Assembly: GCA_965203555.1 (NCBI GenBank)
Contig: CBDBCY010000004.1
Location: forward strand, 2,880,001-2,944,000
Direction of reading: 5' to 3'
DNA: 64,000 nt
Source: Acidimicrobiia bacterium
Lineage (GTDB): Bacteria; Actinomycetota; Acidimicrobiia; Spongiisociales; ZC4RG35
The translations under genes were made by a program, and so were the position numbers. Under the pieces are notes generated by a model. The model had not been told where the DNA came from and did not search any database. It saw nothing but the letters and a program-made list of their open reading frames with translations. The stretch's first letter is position 1; every line of letters starts with the position of its first letter. Below, piece after piece: positions 25,878-35,210 of the stretch.

Positions 25878-28800
25878 ATGACAACCAGCAAACGAGTCCT
25901 TGCATTGACGATTGCGCTGTCCCTCGCTCTCGGGCTGGTGGCAGCAACGATGTCCACAACGACACCGGCAATCGCCGCCGAGGAATGCAAGATCAAAAAA
26001 ATAGGACAATGGACCATCTACACGATCAACAATGGACAGTCCTACTACGCCGTAACCGGCTCGGAAGAAGACGCGGAGCTGAGGGAACGGTGCGGCCTGC
26101 CACCCCTCACTACGACCACCACAACAACTACGGCCACCACTACGACCACGACAACCACGACCACTCTACCTCAGGACGACAATGATGATGCTGTCACGGG
26201 CGTGAATACGAACTCGATCAGGACCACTACTGATGGGACCGGGGGCGGGACAGGTGATGTGAACACCGACAGCGTCACAACTCAAACCCTCGGGACGAGC
26301 TGGGAACCTGCGGTGACTGTCGAGCCAGCGAACCCCTCTACCAAGGGCAGGTGGTCTCAGTTCAAGTTCACAATGACACCAGCACCAAGGAGGGACAGAA
26401 CTTCTGTTCTAGTGGAGGTGTATGTGCCTAGGTTCGGGCGCTACAAAACCTTTGTACCCATGAAAAGCGCCACCAAAGTGACGGGCTTTAGGGCCCAAGA
26501 TGATGATGAGTCGACAATCACGGTCAAGATCCTGGAACGCAACAACCATGACGAGTATGTGGTGGGTAGCCCCTCCTCTGCCTCCGTCACAGTGCCAGCG
26601 GCGTCCGATTATCCCACTGTGAACATTGAAAAGCATGAGACTACCCCTAGTATCGAGGAGGGAGGAGTTGCTAGGTTTCTCATAACGGCCGACAAGTCGA
26701 TACCCGCTTTCTGGGATGTGATGGTTGATGTTTCGCAGACCAACGGCCCGTTTACCACACAGTTGGGAGAACAACCCGTTGAGTTCGGCCCCGGGGACAC
26801 GAGTGTCATCTTCGAAGTGGAAACCGATCCCGACGACGTTTGCGAGGACGACGGGCAGATAATCGCTGAGCTCTCGGATAGCGTCATCTACACGGTCGGG
26901 TCCAATGATTCGGCGATCGTCCCCGTGACAGACGACGATCGTGAAAGGGCGCCAGTCTCTACAACGATCGGTGAGGGTTCTTTGACCCTGAAACCGAGGA
27001 CGTACAGTTTTGCGGGGAGGCAATGGACCAATAAGAGAGATAGGACGCTCCGTGTAGGCGGGTGGAAGCTGACGTGGGATCCCTGCCTGGATGGGGACAA
27101 CGTCCTGGAGGCCAACGTCATCAAGAACTTCACGACGAACCTCATGTCCTATTTCTTAGGGGGGACCTTTGATTGTTATACCACGATTTGCCAAGAGTTA
27201 AACCATGCTATCCGCAACGGAAACCAGTGCTTGAACGACGCCGCGGAGAGAATGGTCCGCTGGGGCCTGGAAAGGATCAGAGACGACGAGGATGTGAACA
27301 GTGGCTTTCCTGACCTGGGGGACTGCCATGTCGTAGAGTGGGATGATGACACTCCCACGTTCACGGTTTCCGCTCATCGATCTACTGTGACGGAGGGGGA
27401 TGAGGTCCGGTTCGATTTCGACTGGACCACTCCCAATGGCCAGAACCCGGAGCGTCGAACCGTCAACCTGAGGATAGTGACGGTCGGCAGCTTCCTGGAG
27501 GAAGAACCGCCGTCTACTCATGTCCTCGGAAAGAACGACGCGTTCAGCCACCGGGACAAGTACCGCACCCTGAAGCTGGAAACCGATAATGACGGCGTGG
27601 TAGAGCGCTTCGGAACCGTGCAACTCATTATTCTTCCTCCTAGCGACGATGACCACGTCTACGCTGTGGGCGAGGACAGTACTGCCATCGTCACCGTTCT
27701 CGACGATGACGAGGCCGTCACTTTCACTTCAACCACGCCTGCCCCTGTGGTCGAGGGAAATCGGCTCACGTTCTCAGTATCGGTCACCAAACACGCCAGA
27801 GATGGTATTCTGTCTGTGTCGGTTACGGAAACCGGGAACATGCTGAAACGCGATCGGGGCCATCCGCCCACCCAGGTCAACATCAGCAACGGCAACGGTA
27901 CCCTGTACGTCGACACGGTCAACGACACGCACCGGGAATGTCCTAGCACGATCAGTGTGACCAGCACCGACCCCCGCATCGGCAGTTCCAACACCGCCAG
28001 CGTGACGGTGGCCGACTACGAGAGGCCTGACAACGACGGGCCCACTGTGTCCATCATGCCCACCCGTCGCGGGTCGGCGATAACCGAAGGCCAAGACGCT
28101 TCGTTCACCATCACATCCACCGACTCGTCCAAGGCCGTGCCCGTGTTCTACCGCGTGACCCTCGGAACCAGTTGGGGTGCTCACTCCGACTGGCGGTGTG
28201 CAAGTGTCCAGGGCACCCAAACCGTATCCATCGCCACTTCGGACGATAGCGTTGACGAACCGGACGGGCCGCTGACCGTTTCACTGAGCAGCTCGCACCC
28301 ACACTACACCGTCTCTAGCAAGTCGCCGTCTGCTTCGGTGACCGTTAACGACGATGATGGGGGCGTCACCGTGGCCGCACCCAGTGCGCAGATCGGCAGC
28401 GCCGGCAATGTCATAGCGGGGGACGAGTTTGGCGTGTGGGTTGGCTTCTGCAACGAAGATGACCCGCCGAGCAGGGTCCGGGTCGAGGTAGAGCGCCCGG
28501 GTTATTCCGACAAGCACAGGTGGGTTTCTATAGACCATACCTACGATTGTTGGAACTACGGATTCTTCCATGAGAGCACCTCTTCAACCGGAACGGCCCG
28601 AATCACCGTGGTGGAAGGCGATGGCTATACCCATGGTGCCAGCACCTCTATCACCATTACGGCTGCCGGCACCTCCAGGACTACGGCTAGGCAAACCGTC
28701 TCCTACTCCACGGGCGGAGGCTCTCCCGTGACCTTCACGTCTCCGACCACCACCGTCAACGACGAAGTTCCGTCTGCTCCGCGTTCTTTGTCGGGGTCTT

Positions 28801-31800
28801 CGAATACGGCGGGTACGGCGGTGTCTTTGTCGTGGTCTGTTCCGAGCAACTACGGTACAGCGGCGATTTCCGGCTATCAGTATCGGTACAAGCTCAGCAG
28901 CGGCAGTTCGTGGACATCTTGGTCATCTCAGAGCAGTACTTCGGTGACGATTAGTGGTCTGTCGCCAGGTACTTCTTACGATTTTGAGGTGAGAGCCAGT
29001 AACAGCGCGGGAGACGGAGAGGCCGCGTCGACCACGGTCGCCACTGCTGTTGCGGCTTTGCCGGTGTTGTCGGTTTCTCGGTATCAGTCGGGTGTGACCG
29101 AGGGCGGCACTGCTTATTTCCGGGTGACCTCGGACAAGGTGGTTCCCTCTAGCATTTCGGTGGGTTTTTCCCGGTCACAGCAGGGGTCGTTCGCTAGTTG
29201 GAGCGGCAGCGGAACGGTCACTATTAGCAGTGGTAACACCCGGTCGGGGTGGATCAGCGTGTCCACTGTTGATGACAGCACGGACGAACCGAACGGTTCG
29301 CTTACCTTGACCTTGAACAGTGGTACCGGTTATACGGTGGGGTCGCCGTCGTCTGTTTCGGTGACTGTCAACGACGACGATGTTGCGGTGTTGCCGGTGT
29401 TGTCGGTTTCTCGGTATCAGTCGGGTGTGACCGAGGGCGGCACTGCTTATTTCCGGGTGACGTCGGATAGGTCTGTGCCTTCTAGCATTTCGGTGGGTTT
29501 TTCCCGGTCGCAGAGTGGGTCGTTCGCGAGTTGGAGCGGTAGCGGAACGGTCACTATTAGTAGCGGTAACACTCGATCGGGTTGGATAGCGGTGACCACC
29601 CAAAACGACAGCGTGGACGAACCGAACGGTTCGCTTACCTTGACCTTGAACAGTGGTACCGGTTACACGGTGGGGTCGCCGTCGTCTGTTTCGGTGACTG
29701 TCAACGACGACGATGTTGCGGTGTTGCCGGTGTTGTCGGTTTCTCGGTATCAGTCGAGTGTGACCGAGGGCAGCACCGCCTATTTCCGGGTGACCTCGGA
29801 CAAGGTGGTTCCCTCCAGCATTTCGGTGGGTTTTTCCCGGTCACAGCAGGGGTCGTTCGCTAGTTGGAGCGGCAGCGGAACGGTCACTATTAGCAGTGGT
29901 AACACCCGGTCGGGGTGGATCAGCGTGTCCACTGTCAACGACAGCACGGACGAACCGAACGGTTCGCTTACCTTGACCTTGAACAGTGGTACCGGTTACA
30001 CGGTGGGGTCGCCGTCGTCTGTTTCGGTGACTGTCAACGACGACGATGTTGCGGTGTTGCCGGTGTTGTCGGTTTCTCGGTATCAGTCGAGTGTGACCGA
30101 GGGCAGCACCGCCTATTTCCGGGTGACCTCGGACAAGGTGGTTCCCTCCAGCATTTCGGTGGGTTTTTCCCGGTCACAGCAGGGGTCGTTCGCTAGTTGG
30201 AGCGGCAGCGGAACGGTCACTATTAGCAGTGGTAACACCCGGTCGGGGTGGATCAGCGTGTCCACTGTCAACGACAGCACGGACGAACCGAACGGTTCGC
30301 TTACCTTGACCTTGAACAGTGGTACCGGTTATACGGTGGGGTCGCCGTCGTCTGTTTCGGTGACTGTCAACGACGACGATGTTGCGGTGTTGCCGGTGTT
30401 GTCGGTTTCTCGGTATCAGTCGGGTGTGACCGAGGGCGGCACTGCTTATTTCCGGGTGACGTCGGATAGGTCTGTGCCTTCTAGCATTTCGGTGGGTTTT
30501 TCCCGGTCGCAGAGTGGGTCGTTCGCGAGTTGGAGCGGTAGCGGAACGGTCACTATTAGTAGCGGTAACACTCGATCGGGTTGGATAGCGGTGACCACCC
30601 AAAACGACAGCGTGGACGAGCCGGATGGTTCGCTTACCTTGACCTTGAACAGTGGTACCGGTTATACGGTGGGGTCGCCGTCGTCTGCCTCCATCACCGT
30701 CAGGGACAATGATGAGGCGCCCGTGACCTGCTCGTCTGGTCAGGCCAAAAAGAATGGCGTCTGTGGTTACCCGGTGCTGACCCTCGGTAGGGAGACATCT
30801 GGTGTCACTGAGGGCGAGCGAGTTCGGTTCAAGATTTACTCGGATCGCCCGGTCACCAGGTCAACCAATGTGAAGGTCTTTCGCCAGGAGAGGGGCAATT
30901 TCGGCATCTCGACGGGCACTTCCTCTGTCGGGATTTCAGCGGGTGATGGACCGTGGTCCTTCTCCTACAGCACCACCGACGACTCCACCGATGAGTCGGA
31001 TGGATCGGTGCAGGCGTCCCTGCGTTATGGTTCCTACTACACGCCTGGCTCCCCATCGTCGGCTAGCGTGGCGATACGGGACAACGATGATCCACCTGCT
31101 GTGATCTCGACGGTCAGCATCAGTGGTGGTAGGGCCGTTACTGAGGGAGAGAATGTGGTATTCACCCTCACCGCTACCCCGAGACCAACGGAGGCGATAT
31201 CGGTCAGGGTGCATATCGCGGACCCCTACAGCGATGATCCGGGGATAACCATTTTCCTCACCGACTACAGCGAAAGGACCGTGCGCATTGGCACCAGCGG
31301 TAGGGCCACACTTTCCCTCGCCACCGATGACGATCAAGAGGACGAGAGGGACGATGATGTCGTAGCCACCATCAAGCCGTCGGCGTCAGAGTATCGCATT
31401 GGCACCGCCTCAGCCTCAGTTCGGGTGAGGGACAACGATGTGGCGGATACCTGCGCCTACGGTCAGACGAAGAAAAACGGTTCCTGCGGTTACCCGATAT
31501 TGACTGTCGAGAGGGTCTCATCGAGTGTTACCGAAGGCCAGGCTGCCCAATTCAGGATCCGCTCTGATCGGCGTGTGCCAAATTCCATCTCCGTCAATTA
31601 CCAACGCTCGGTGAGTGGTAGCTTCGGCATCTCCGCACGCAACTCCGCTGCTGGGAGTTTCCGGGGCAATGGCCCATGGGTGTTCAGCCTGAGTACTAGT
31701 AATGACAGTGTTGACGAACCTGATGGCTCGGTGACGGTGAGCTTGCGGAGTGGCCCCAGATATAGGGTTGGCAACCAATCATCGGCGACGGTGACCATTC

Positions 31801-32606
31801 GGGACAACGATGCGCCCGTCTCCACCGCCTGTCCCACTGGTCAGACGAGGAAAAACAGTGTCTGCGGCTATCCGGTGCTGACGATTGTTAAGGTGTCGTC
31901 GAGTATCACCGAGGGTCAGACCGCCAACTTCAACATCCGATCGGATCGCCGTGTTCCGGCCTCCCTCAGGGTGCAGCTCTACCGCTCGACGAGCGCTGGT
32001 TTCGGCACCTCTGGTTCGTTCTCGCTGGGGATCTCCTCGGGTACCGGGCCATGGGCCTTCGGTTACCTGACCGTAGGTGATTCGGTGGACGAGGCAAATG
32101 GCTCGGTCAACATGACCTTGAGGTCGGGAACCCGGTACTCGGTGGGTTCACCCTGGTCGGCGAGAGTGGTCATATACGACGACGATTCGGCCGCGACCGG
32201 TGACGACGATGACGACGATGACGACGGTAACGATGAGGACGACGGTGGTAGTCGCTCCGGTGGCGGTAATGATGACGACGATGACGAGGATGCTGCCGAC
32301 CTCCTGCCTAGCGCCAGGGCCGGCAACCGGAATAGCGGCAGTATCACCGCAGGGTCGCAGTTGTCCTTCTGGGTCGGCTTCTACAAGTGGGAGAACCCTC
32401 CGACCAGCATCAGGGTCAAGGTAGAGCGCCCAGGCTATACCACCAAGTACAGGTGGATCTCCCTGAACAGGACCTCGGGGCACTGGAGGTACGGCAACTT
32501 CACGGAGAACACCCTTTCATCGAGGACGGGGACGGCTCGCATCACTGTTGTATCAACCAGTAGCTATCACGGCGGGGCCACCAGTACCGTCCGCATAACC
32601 AACTAA
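25878..32606 (+). CDS. Giant (~2240 aa) secreted surface protein with many Calx-beta-like/Ig-like repeats and one fibronectin type III domain
   Basis: Signal peptide (..PAIA), poly-Thr linker, repeated VTEG....F.V...T.DD..DE.DG...V.L....Y.VG..SSA.VTV.DDD units, FN3 (PSAPRSL...LSW...ISGYQYRY...GLSPGTSYDFEVRASN), poly-Asp linker; RBS gagagga. Confidence 0.9.
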   Translation: MTTSKRVLALTIALSLALGLVAATMSTTTPAIAAEECKIKKIGQWTIYTINNGQSYYAVTGSEEDAELRERCGLPPLTTTTTTTTATTTTTTTTTTLPQDDNDDAVTGVNTNSIRTTTDGTGGGTGDVNTDSVTTQTLGTSWEPAVTVEPANPSTKGRWSQFKFTMTPAPRRDRTSVLVEVYVPRFGRYKTFVPMKSATKVTGFRAQDDDESTITVKILERNNHDEYVVGSPSSASVTVPAASDYPTVNIEKHETTPSIEEGGVARFLITADKSIPAFWDVMVDVSQTNGPFTTQLGEQPVEFGPGDTSVIFEVETDPDDVCEDDGQIIAELSDSVIYTVGSNDSAIVPVTDDDRERAPVSTTIGEGSLTLKPRTYSFAGRQWTNKRDRTLRVGGWKLTWDPCLDGDNVLEANVIKNFTTNLMSYFLGGTFDCYTTICQELNHAIRNGNQCLNDAAERMVRWGLERIRDDEDVNSGFPDLGDCHVVEWDDDTPTFTVSAHRSTVTEGDEVRFDFDWTTPNGQNPERRTVNLRIVTVGSFLEEEPPSTHVLGKNDAFSHRDKYRTLKLETDNDGVVERFGTVQLIILPPSDDDHVYAVGEDSTAIVTVLDDDEAVTFTSTTPAPVVEGNRLTFSVSVTKHARDGILSVSVTETGNMLKRDRGHPPTQVNISNGNGTLYVDTVNDTHRECPSTISVTSTDPRIGSSNTASVTVADYERPDNDGPTVSIMPTRRGSAITEGQDASFTITSTDSSKAVPVFYRVTLGTSWGAHSDWRCASVQGTQTVSIATSDDSVDEPDGPLTVSLSSSHPHYTVSSKSPSASVTVNDDDGGVTVAAPSAQIGSAGNVIAGDEFGVWVGFCNEDDPPSRVRVEVERPGYSDKHRWVSIDHTYDCWNYGFFHESTSSTGTARITVVEGDGYTHGASTSITITAAGTSRTTARQTVSYSTGGGSPVTFTSPTTTVNDEVPSAPRSLSGSSNTAGTAVSLSWSVPSNYGTAAISGYQYRYKLSSGSSWTSWSSQSSTSVTISGLSPGTSYDFEVRASNSAGDGEAASTTVATAVAALPVLSVSRYQSGVTEGGTAYFRVTSDKVVPSSISVGFSRSQQGSFASWSGSGTVTISSGNTRSGWISVSTVDDSTDEPNGSLTLTLNSGTGYTVGSPSSVSVTVNDDDVAVLPVLSVSRYQSGVTEGGTAYFRVTSDRSVPSSISVGFSRSQSGSFASWSGSGTVTISSGNTRSGWIAVTTQNDSVDEPNGSLTLTLNSGTGYTVGSPSSVSVTVNDDDVAVLPVLSVSRYQSSVTEGSTAYFRVTSDKVVPSSISVGFSRSQQGSFASWSGSGTVTISSGNTRSGWISVSTVNDSTDEPNGSLTLTLNSGTGYTVGSPSSVSVTVNDDDVAVLPVLSVSRYQSSVTEGSTAYFRVTSDKVVPSSISVGFSRSQQGSFASWSGSGTVTISSGNTRSGWISVSTVNDSTDEPNGSLTLTLNSGTGYTVGSPSSVSVTVNDDDVAVLPVLSVSRYQSGVTEGGTAYFRVTSDRSVPSSISVGFSRSQSGSFASWSGSGTVTISSGNTRSGWIAVTTQNDSVDEPDGSLTLTLNSGTGYTVGSPSSASITVRDNDEAPVTCSSGQAKKNGVCGYPVLTLGRETSGVTEGERVRFKIYSDRPVTRSTNVKVFRQERGNFGISTGTSSVGISAGDGPWSFSYSTTDDSTDESDGSVQASLRYGSYYTPGSPSSASVAIRDNDDPPAVISTVSISGGRAVTEGENVVFTLTATPRPTEAISVRVHIADPYSDDPGITIFLTDYSERTVRIGTSGRATLSLATDDDQEDERDDDVVATIKPSASEYRIGTASASVRVRDNDVADTCAYGQTKKNGSCGYPILTVERVSSSVTEGQAAQFRIRSDRRVPNSISVNYQRSVSGSFGISARNSAAGSFRGNGPWVFSLSTSNDSVDEPDGSVTVSLRSGPRYRVGNQSSATVTIRDNDAPVSTACPTGQTRKNSVCGYPVLTIVKVSSSITEGQTANFNIRSDRRVPASLRVQLYRSTSAGFGTSGSFSLGISSGTGPWAFGYLTVGDSVDEANGSVNMTLRSGTRYSVGSPWSARVVIYDDDSAATGDDDDDDDDGNDEDDGGSRSGGGNDDDDDEDAADLLPSARAGNRNSGSITAGSQLSFWVGFYKWENPPTSIRVKVERPGYTTKYRWISLNRTSGHWRYGNFTENTLSSRTGTARITVVSTSSYHGGATSTVRITN
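29049..30713 (+). repeat. Five near-identical 333-bp (111-aa) tandem repeats inside the surface protein gene
   Basis: Units start at 29049, 29382, 29715, 30048, 30381; variant pattern A-B-A-A-B. Confidence 0.95.
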
Positions 32607-32988
32607 GTCTGTGAAACCCTGACTCCCCTGCAGTCCTCTTTCTTGCGGGGGAGTCCCCTTCCCTCCCAAAAGTCCGAAGAAAAACCTGGGAAATCCGCCC
32701 TTCGCTGGGCTGACCCTGGGCATATTTGATGACGACCATCGAAATTCCACTCAATACGGCCCTGCGCGTTTTTTTGGGATTGGTGGTCTGGCTGGTGGGT
32801 GGTGGGGTTCATGTTAGGAGGAGTGCTCGGGCGGCGTAGTTGTGGGGGTTGGTGAAGCCGTGGGCGGTGCGTCGGAGGGTTTGATGCTCCTATGTTTGTC
32901 AAATTGGGGTTTGGGGGGTGGTGTGATGACGATCATCGAAAGTCCCCAGAGTCGATCATCGAAATTCCCCACCCTGGGTTGGGTGGTT

Positions 32989-33771
32989 TTAGGCTAGCAG
33001 GTCTCCTTTCGGTCGGTGTTTTCGGGCTTGGGCTTGGTAGCTTCTGAGGCGGTAGCTGTCGCCGGTGATGGTGAACACCACGCTTTTGTGGAGCAGTCGG
33101 TCGAGCATGGCGGCGGCGATGGTGTGGTCGGAGAAGATCTCTCCCCACGAGGCGACACCGAGGTTGGTGGTGAGAATGATCGACCCTTTTCCGTACCGTC
33201 TGGAGATGACCTGGAACAGGGTGGCGGCGTCTTCTGCCGGCATGGGCAGATAGCCCAGTTCGTCGATGATCAACACTTTGGGGGTGTTGAAGAACCGCAA
33301 CGTTTGGGCCCATCTTCCTTGTAGGGCGGCTTTGCGGCACCGCGCCGCCAGGTCGGCTGCGGTGGTGTAGTACACCTTGTGTCCGGTGTCTACCGCGGCG
33401 CGGCCCAGGATGACCGCCAGCATGGTTTTGCCCACGCCGGGTGGTCCGATGAACAAAACGTTGGTGGCGTCGGTCAGGTAGGCGCCGGTGGCGAGTTCTC
33501 GTACCATTTTCTCGTCGATGCTGGGTTGGGCGGTGAAGTCGAAGTCTTCCAGTTTCCAGCGGGTGGGGAAGTTGGCCAGTTTGAGACGGGTTTCCCATCG
33601 CCGCTGTTCGGTGGTCTCTACTTCTACTCGAAGTAGACCTTCAAGGAACTCGGTGTGGCTTTCACGGTTGGTTCGTGCCTGTTCGAGGTGGGTGGGGAGC
33701 GCCTCGGCCGCGGCGGGTAGGTTGAGGTAGGCCAGATGGCCTCGTAGTTGTTGGTACACCGATTGGTTCAT
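32989..33771 (-). CDS. istB: IS21 helper ATPase IstB
   Basis: GPPGVGKT Walker A, LIIDELGY Walker B, TTN, AMLDRLLH, GDSYR. Confidence 0.96.
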   Translation of the reverse strand: MNQSVYQQLRGHLAYLNLPAAAEALPTHLEQARTNRESHTEFLEGLLRVEVETTEQRRWETRLKLANFPTRWKLEDFDFTAQPSIDEKMVRELATGAYLTDATNVLFIGPPGVGKTMLAVILGRAAVDTGHKVYYTTAADLAARCRKAALQGRWAQTLRFFNTPKVLIIDELGYLPMPAEDAATLFQVISRRYGKGSIILTTNLGVASWGEIFSDHTIAAAMLDRLLHKSVVFTITGDSYRLRSYQAQARKHRPKGDLLA

Positions 33772-35069
33772 CACAGACCCGCTTTTCGGTTTTGTTGGTC
33801 GATGTGCCGCTGGTACACCTCCAGATCGATCACCGTTTCTGTGTACAGGTCTCCGATACCGGCGGCGATAGCCAAAGCCGCGTCCGATGGCGGACGGTTG
33901 GGTTTGGGTTTGCACGGTGGTTTGGTGGTGAACTCGGCCAGGACCACGTTCTCCAAAGCAGCGGTGTGCTCGGGTAGCCGAACCACCCGTCCCATACCGC
34001 GGGGTGCCTGCTGGTGGGTAGCGACCAGCCGGCCACTGGCCGAGAACATGCTGATGGTGGGGTCACCGAGCCTCCAACGGACGGTGACCTGGGTTCCTAT
34101 CACCCCTGGTGGCACCGAGTATCGGTTACCGCGTACCGATACCAGCCCGTTGGATGTCACCCTGCGCTCCAGGATCCCTTCTGCCGGGTAAGGCACCGCA
34201 GGAAGCTCGAGGAGAGGCTCGTTATCGGCCAGCTCGCCCACCGTGCTCTCCCGCCGTGGGCGAAGATCGCCCACGGTCTGGCAGAAGCTGTCCAGGCTGT
34301 GCTGTGCTTCGGCGATGCTGGTCACCGCTGCGGTGCGCCACCACCGCTGAGAGACATAGTGGATGGCCTTTTCCACCACGCCTTTCCGTTGGGGACGGCG
34401 CGGTGGGCACGGATCGACAGCCACCCCGTAGTGTTTGGCTACCCCAACGAACGACGGCTGGATACGACCACTGGCCGCCACCACGGTAGCCATCCGATCC
34501 ACCCTCCACCGCCGCGGGGTACCCTCCAGTCGTCTCAACACCTGGTCGAGACCCTCCACCAAATGGGGTTGGTCCTGGCGGGACGTGATCCACGCCCGAA
34601 ACCGGCCCGAGTGCGACAGCACTCCCACCAGCACATGAGCGGTGGCTCCCCACGGGGCGTCACGTAGTTCCACCCAGTCCCACTGGCACTCCTCACCCGG
34701 TGGATGATCAATAATCGCCGTGGCCCGGCCCCTGGTACCCGCACAGGCGCCACACAACGGCCGCAGGCCCCGAAGACGGACCTTCCGCACAAACGTCACA
34801 TAGCTCTGCTCATAGCCCAAAGCCACCACCTCGTCGAACAGCGCCGACCCCCACACATGCGGATCATCAGACAACCGCTGCCGCACATACGCCTCGAACT
34901 CATCAAACAGATCCGTCTCTGCCCGGGCACGCTCGCCCGGGGCTCGCCCGTCCGACAGATACGCCCGTATCGTTTTCCGGTCTCTTCCCAAATGACGAGC
35001 AATAGCCGAGATCGACCACCCCCGCCTCCTCAAAGCATGAACTTCCACGCACTCCTCCAGTACCAACAT
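33771..35069 (-). CDS. istA: IS21 transposase IstA
   Basis: N-terminal HTH (GWSISAIARHLGRDRKTIR), PGEECQWDW, VDRM, KGVVEK, RYSVP. Confidence 0.95.
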   Translation of the reverse strand: MLVLEECVEVHALRRRGWSISAIARHLGRDRKTIRAYLSDGRAPGERARAETDLFDEFEAYVRQRLSDDPHVWGSALFDEVVALGYEQSYVTFVRKVRLRGLRPLCGACAGTRGRATAIIDHPPGEECQWDWVELRDAPWGATAHVLVGVLSHSGRFRAWITSRQDQPHLVEGLDQVLRRLEGTPRRWRVDRMATVVAASGRIQPSFVGVAKHYGVAVDPCPPRRPQRKGVVEKAIHYVSQRWWRTAAVTSIAEAQHSLDSFCQTVGDLRPRRESTVGELADNEPLLELPAVPYPAEGILERRVTSNGLVSVRGNRYSVPPGVIGTQVTVRWRLGDPTISMFSASGRLVATHQQAPRGMGRVVRLPEHTAALENVVLAEFTTKPPCKPKPNRPPSDAALAIAAGIGDLYTETVIDLEVYQRHIDQQNRKAGL

Positions 35070-35210
35070 AAGGGGATAGGGCTCCTCTCCACAGCTAGTG
35101 ACATGACAATCGCCTAGCTTGGAGAGAGCCCTACCCAACAACGGGTATTTGCTCCCAGAGGGTGGGGAATTTCAGTGATCGAGACTGGGGAATTTCAGTG
35201 ATCGCCAACA

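Larger units (their letters stand above)
32924..35210 (-). mobile_element. IS21-family element inserted in the last codons of the IS110 recombinase gene
   Basis: TG...CA ends with internally repeated CGATCA..GAAA.TCCCCA motifs at both ends; 4-bp target duplication ggtg (32920-32923, 35211-35214); istA-istB. Confidence 0.95.

Noticed and set aside
24556-25971. Several 130-250 aa ORFs in the regulator/surface-protein intergenic region
   Set aside because: Arg/Pro/Gly-rich, no motifs, mutually overlapping on both strands; typical high-GC shadow ORFs
26105-26165. acN trinucleotide run
   Set aside because: Simply encodes a poly-Thr linker, as in other exported proteins here
29049-30713. Repeat array as CRISPR or diversity-generating retroelement
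   Set aside because: Units are in-frame 333-bp coding repeats without spacers; no cas genes or reverse transcriptase in the window; differences are not adenine-specific
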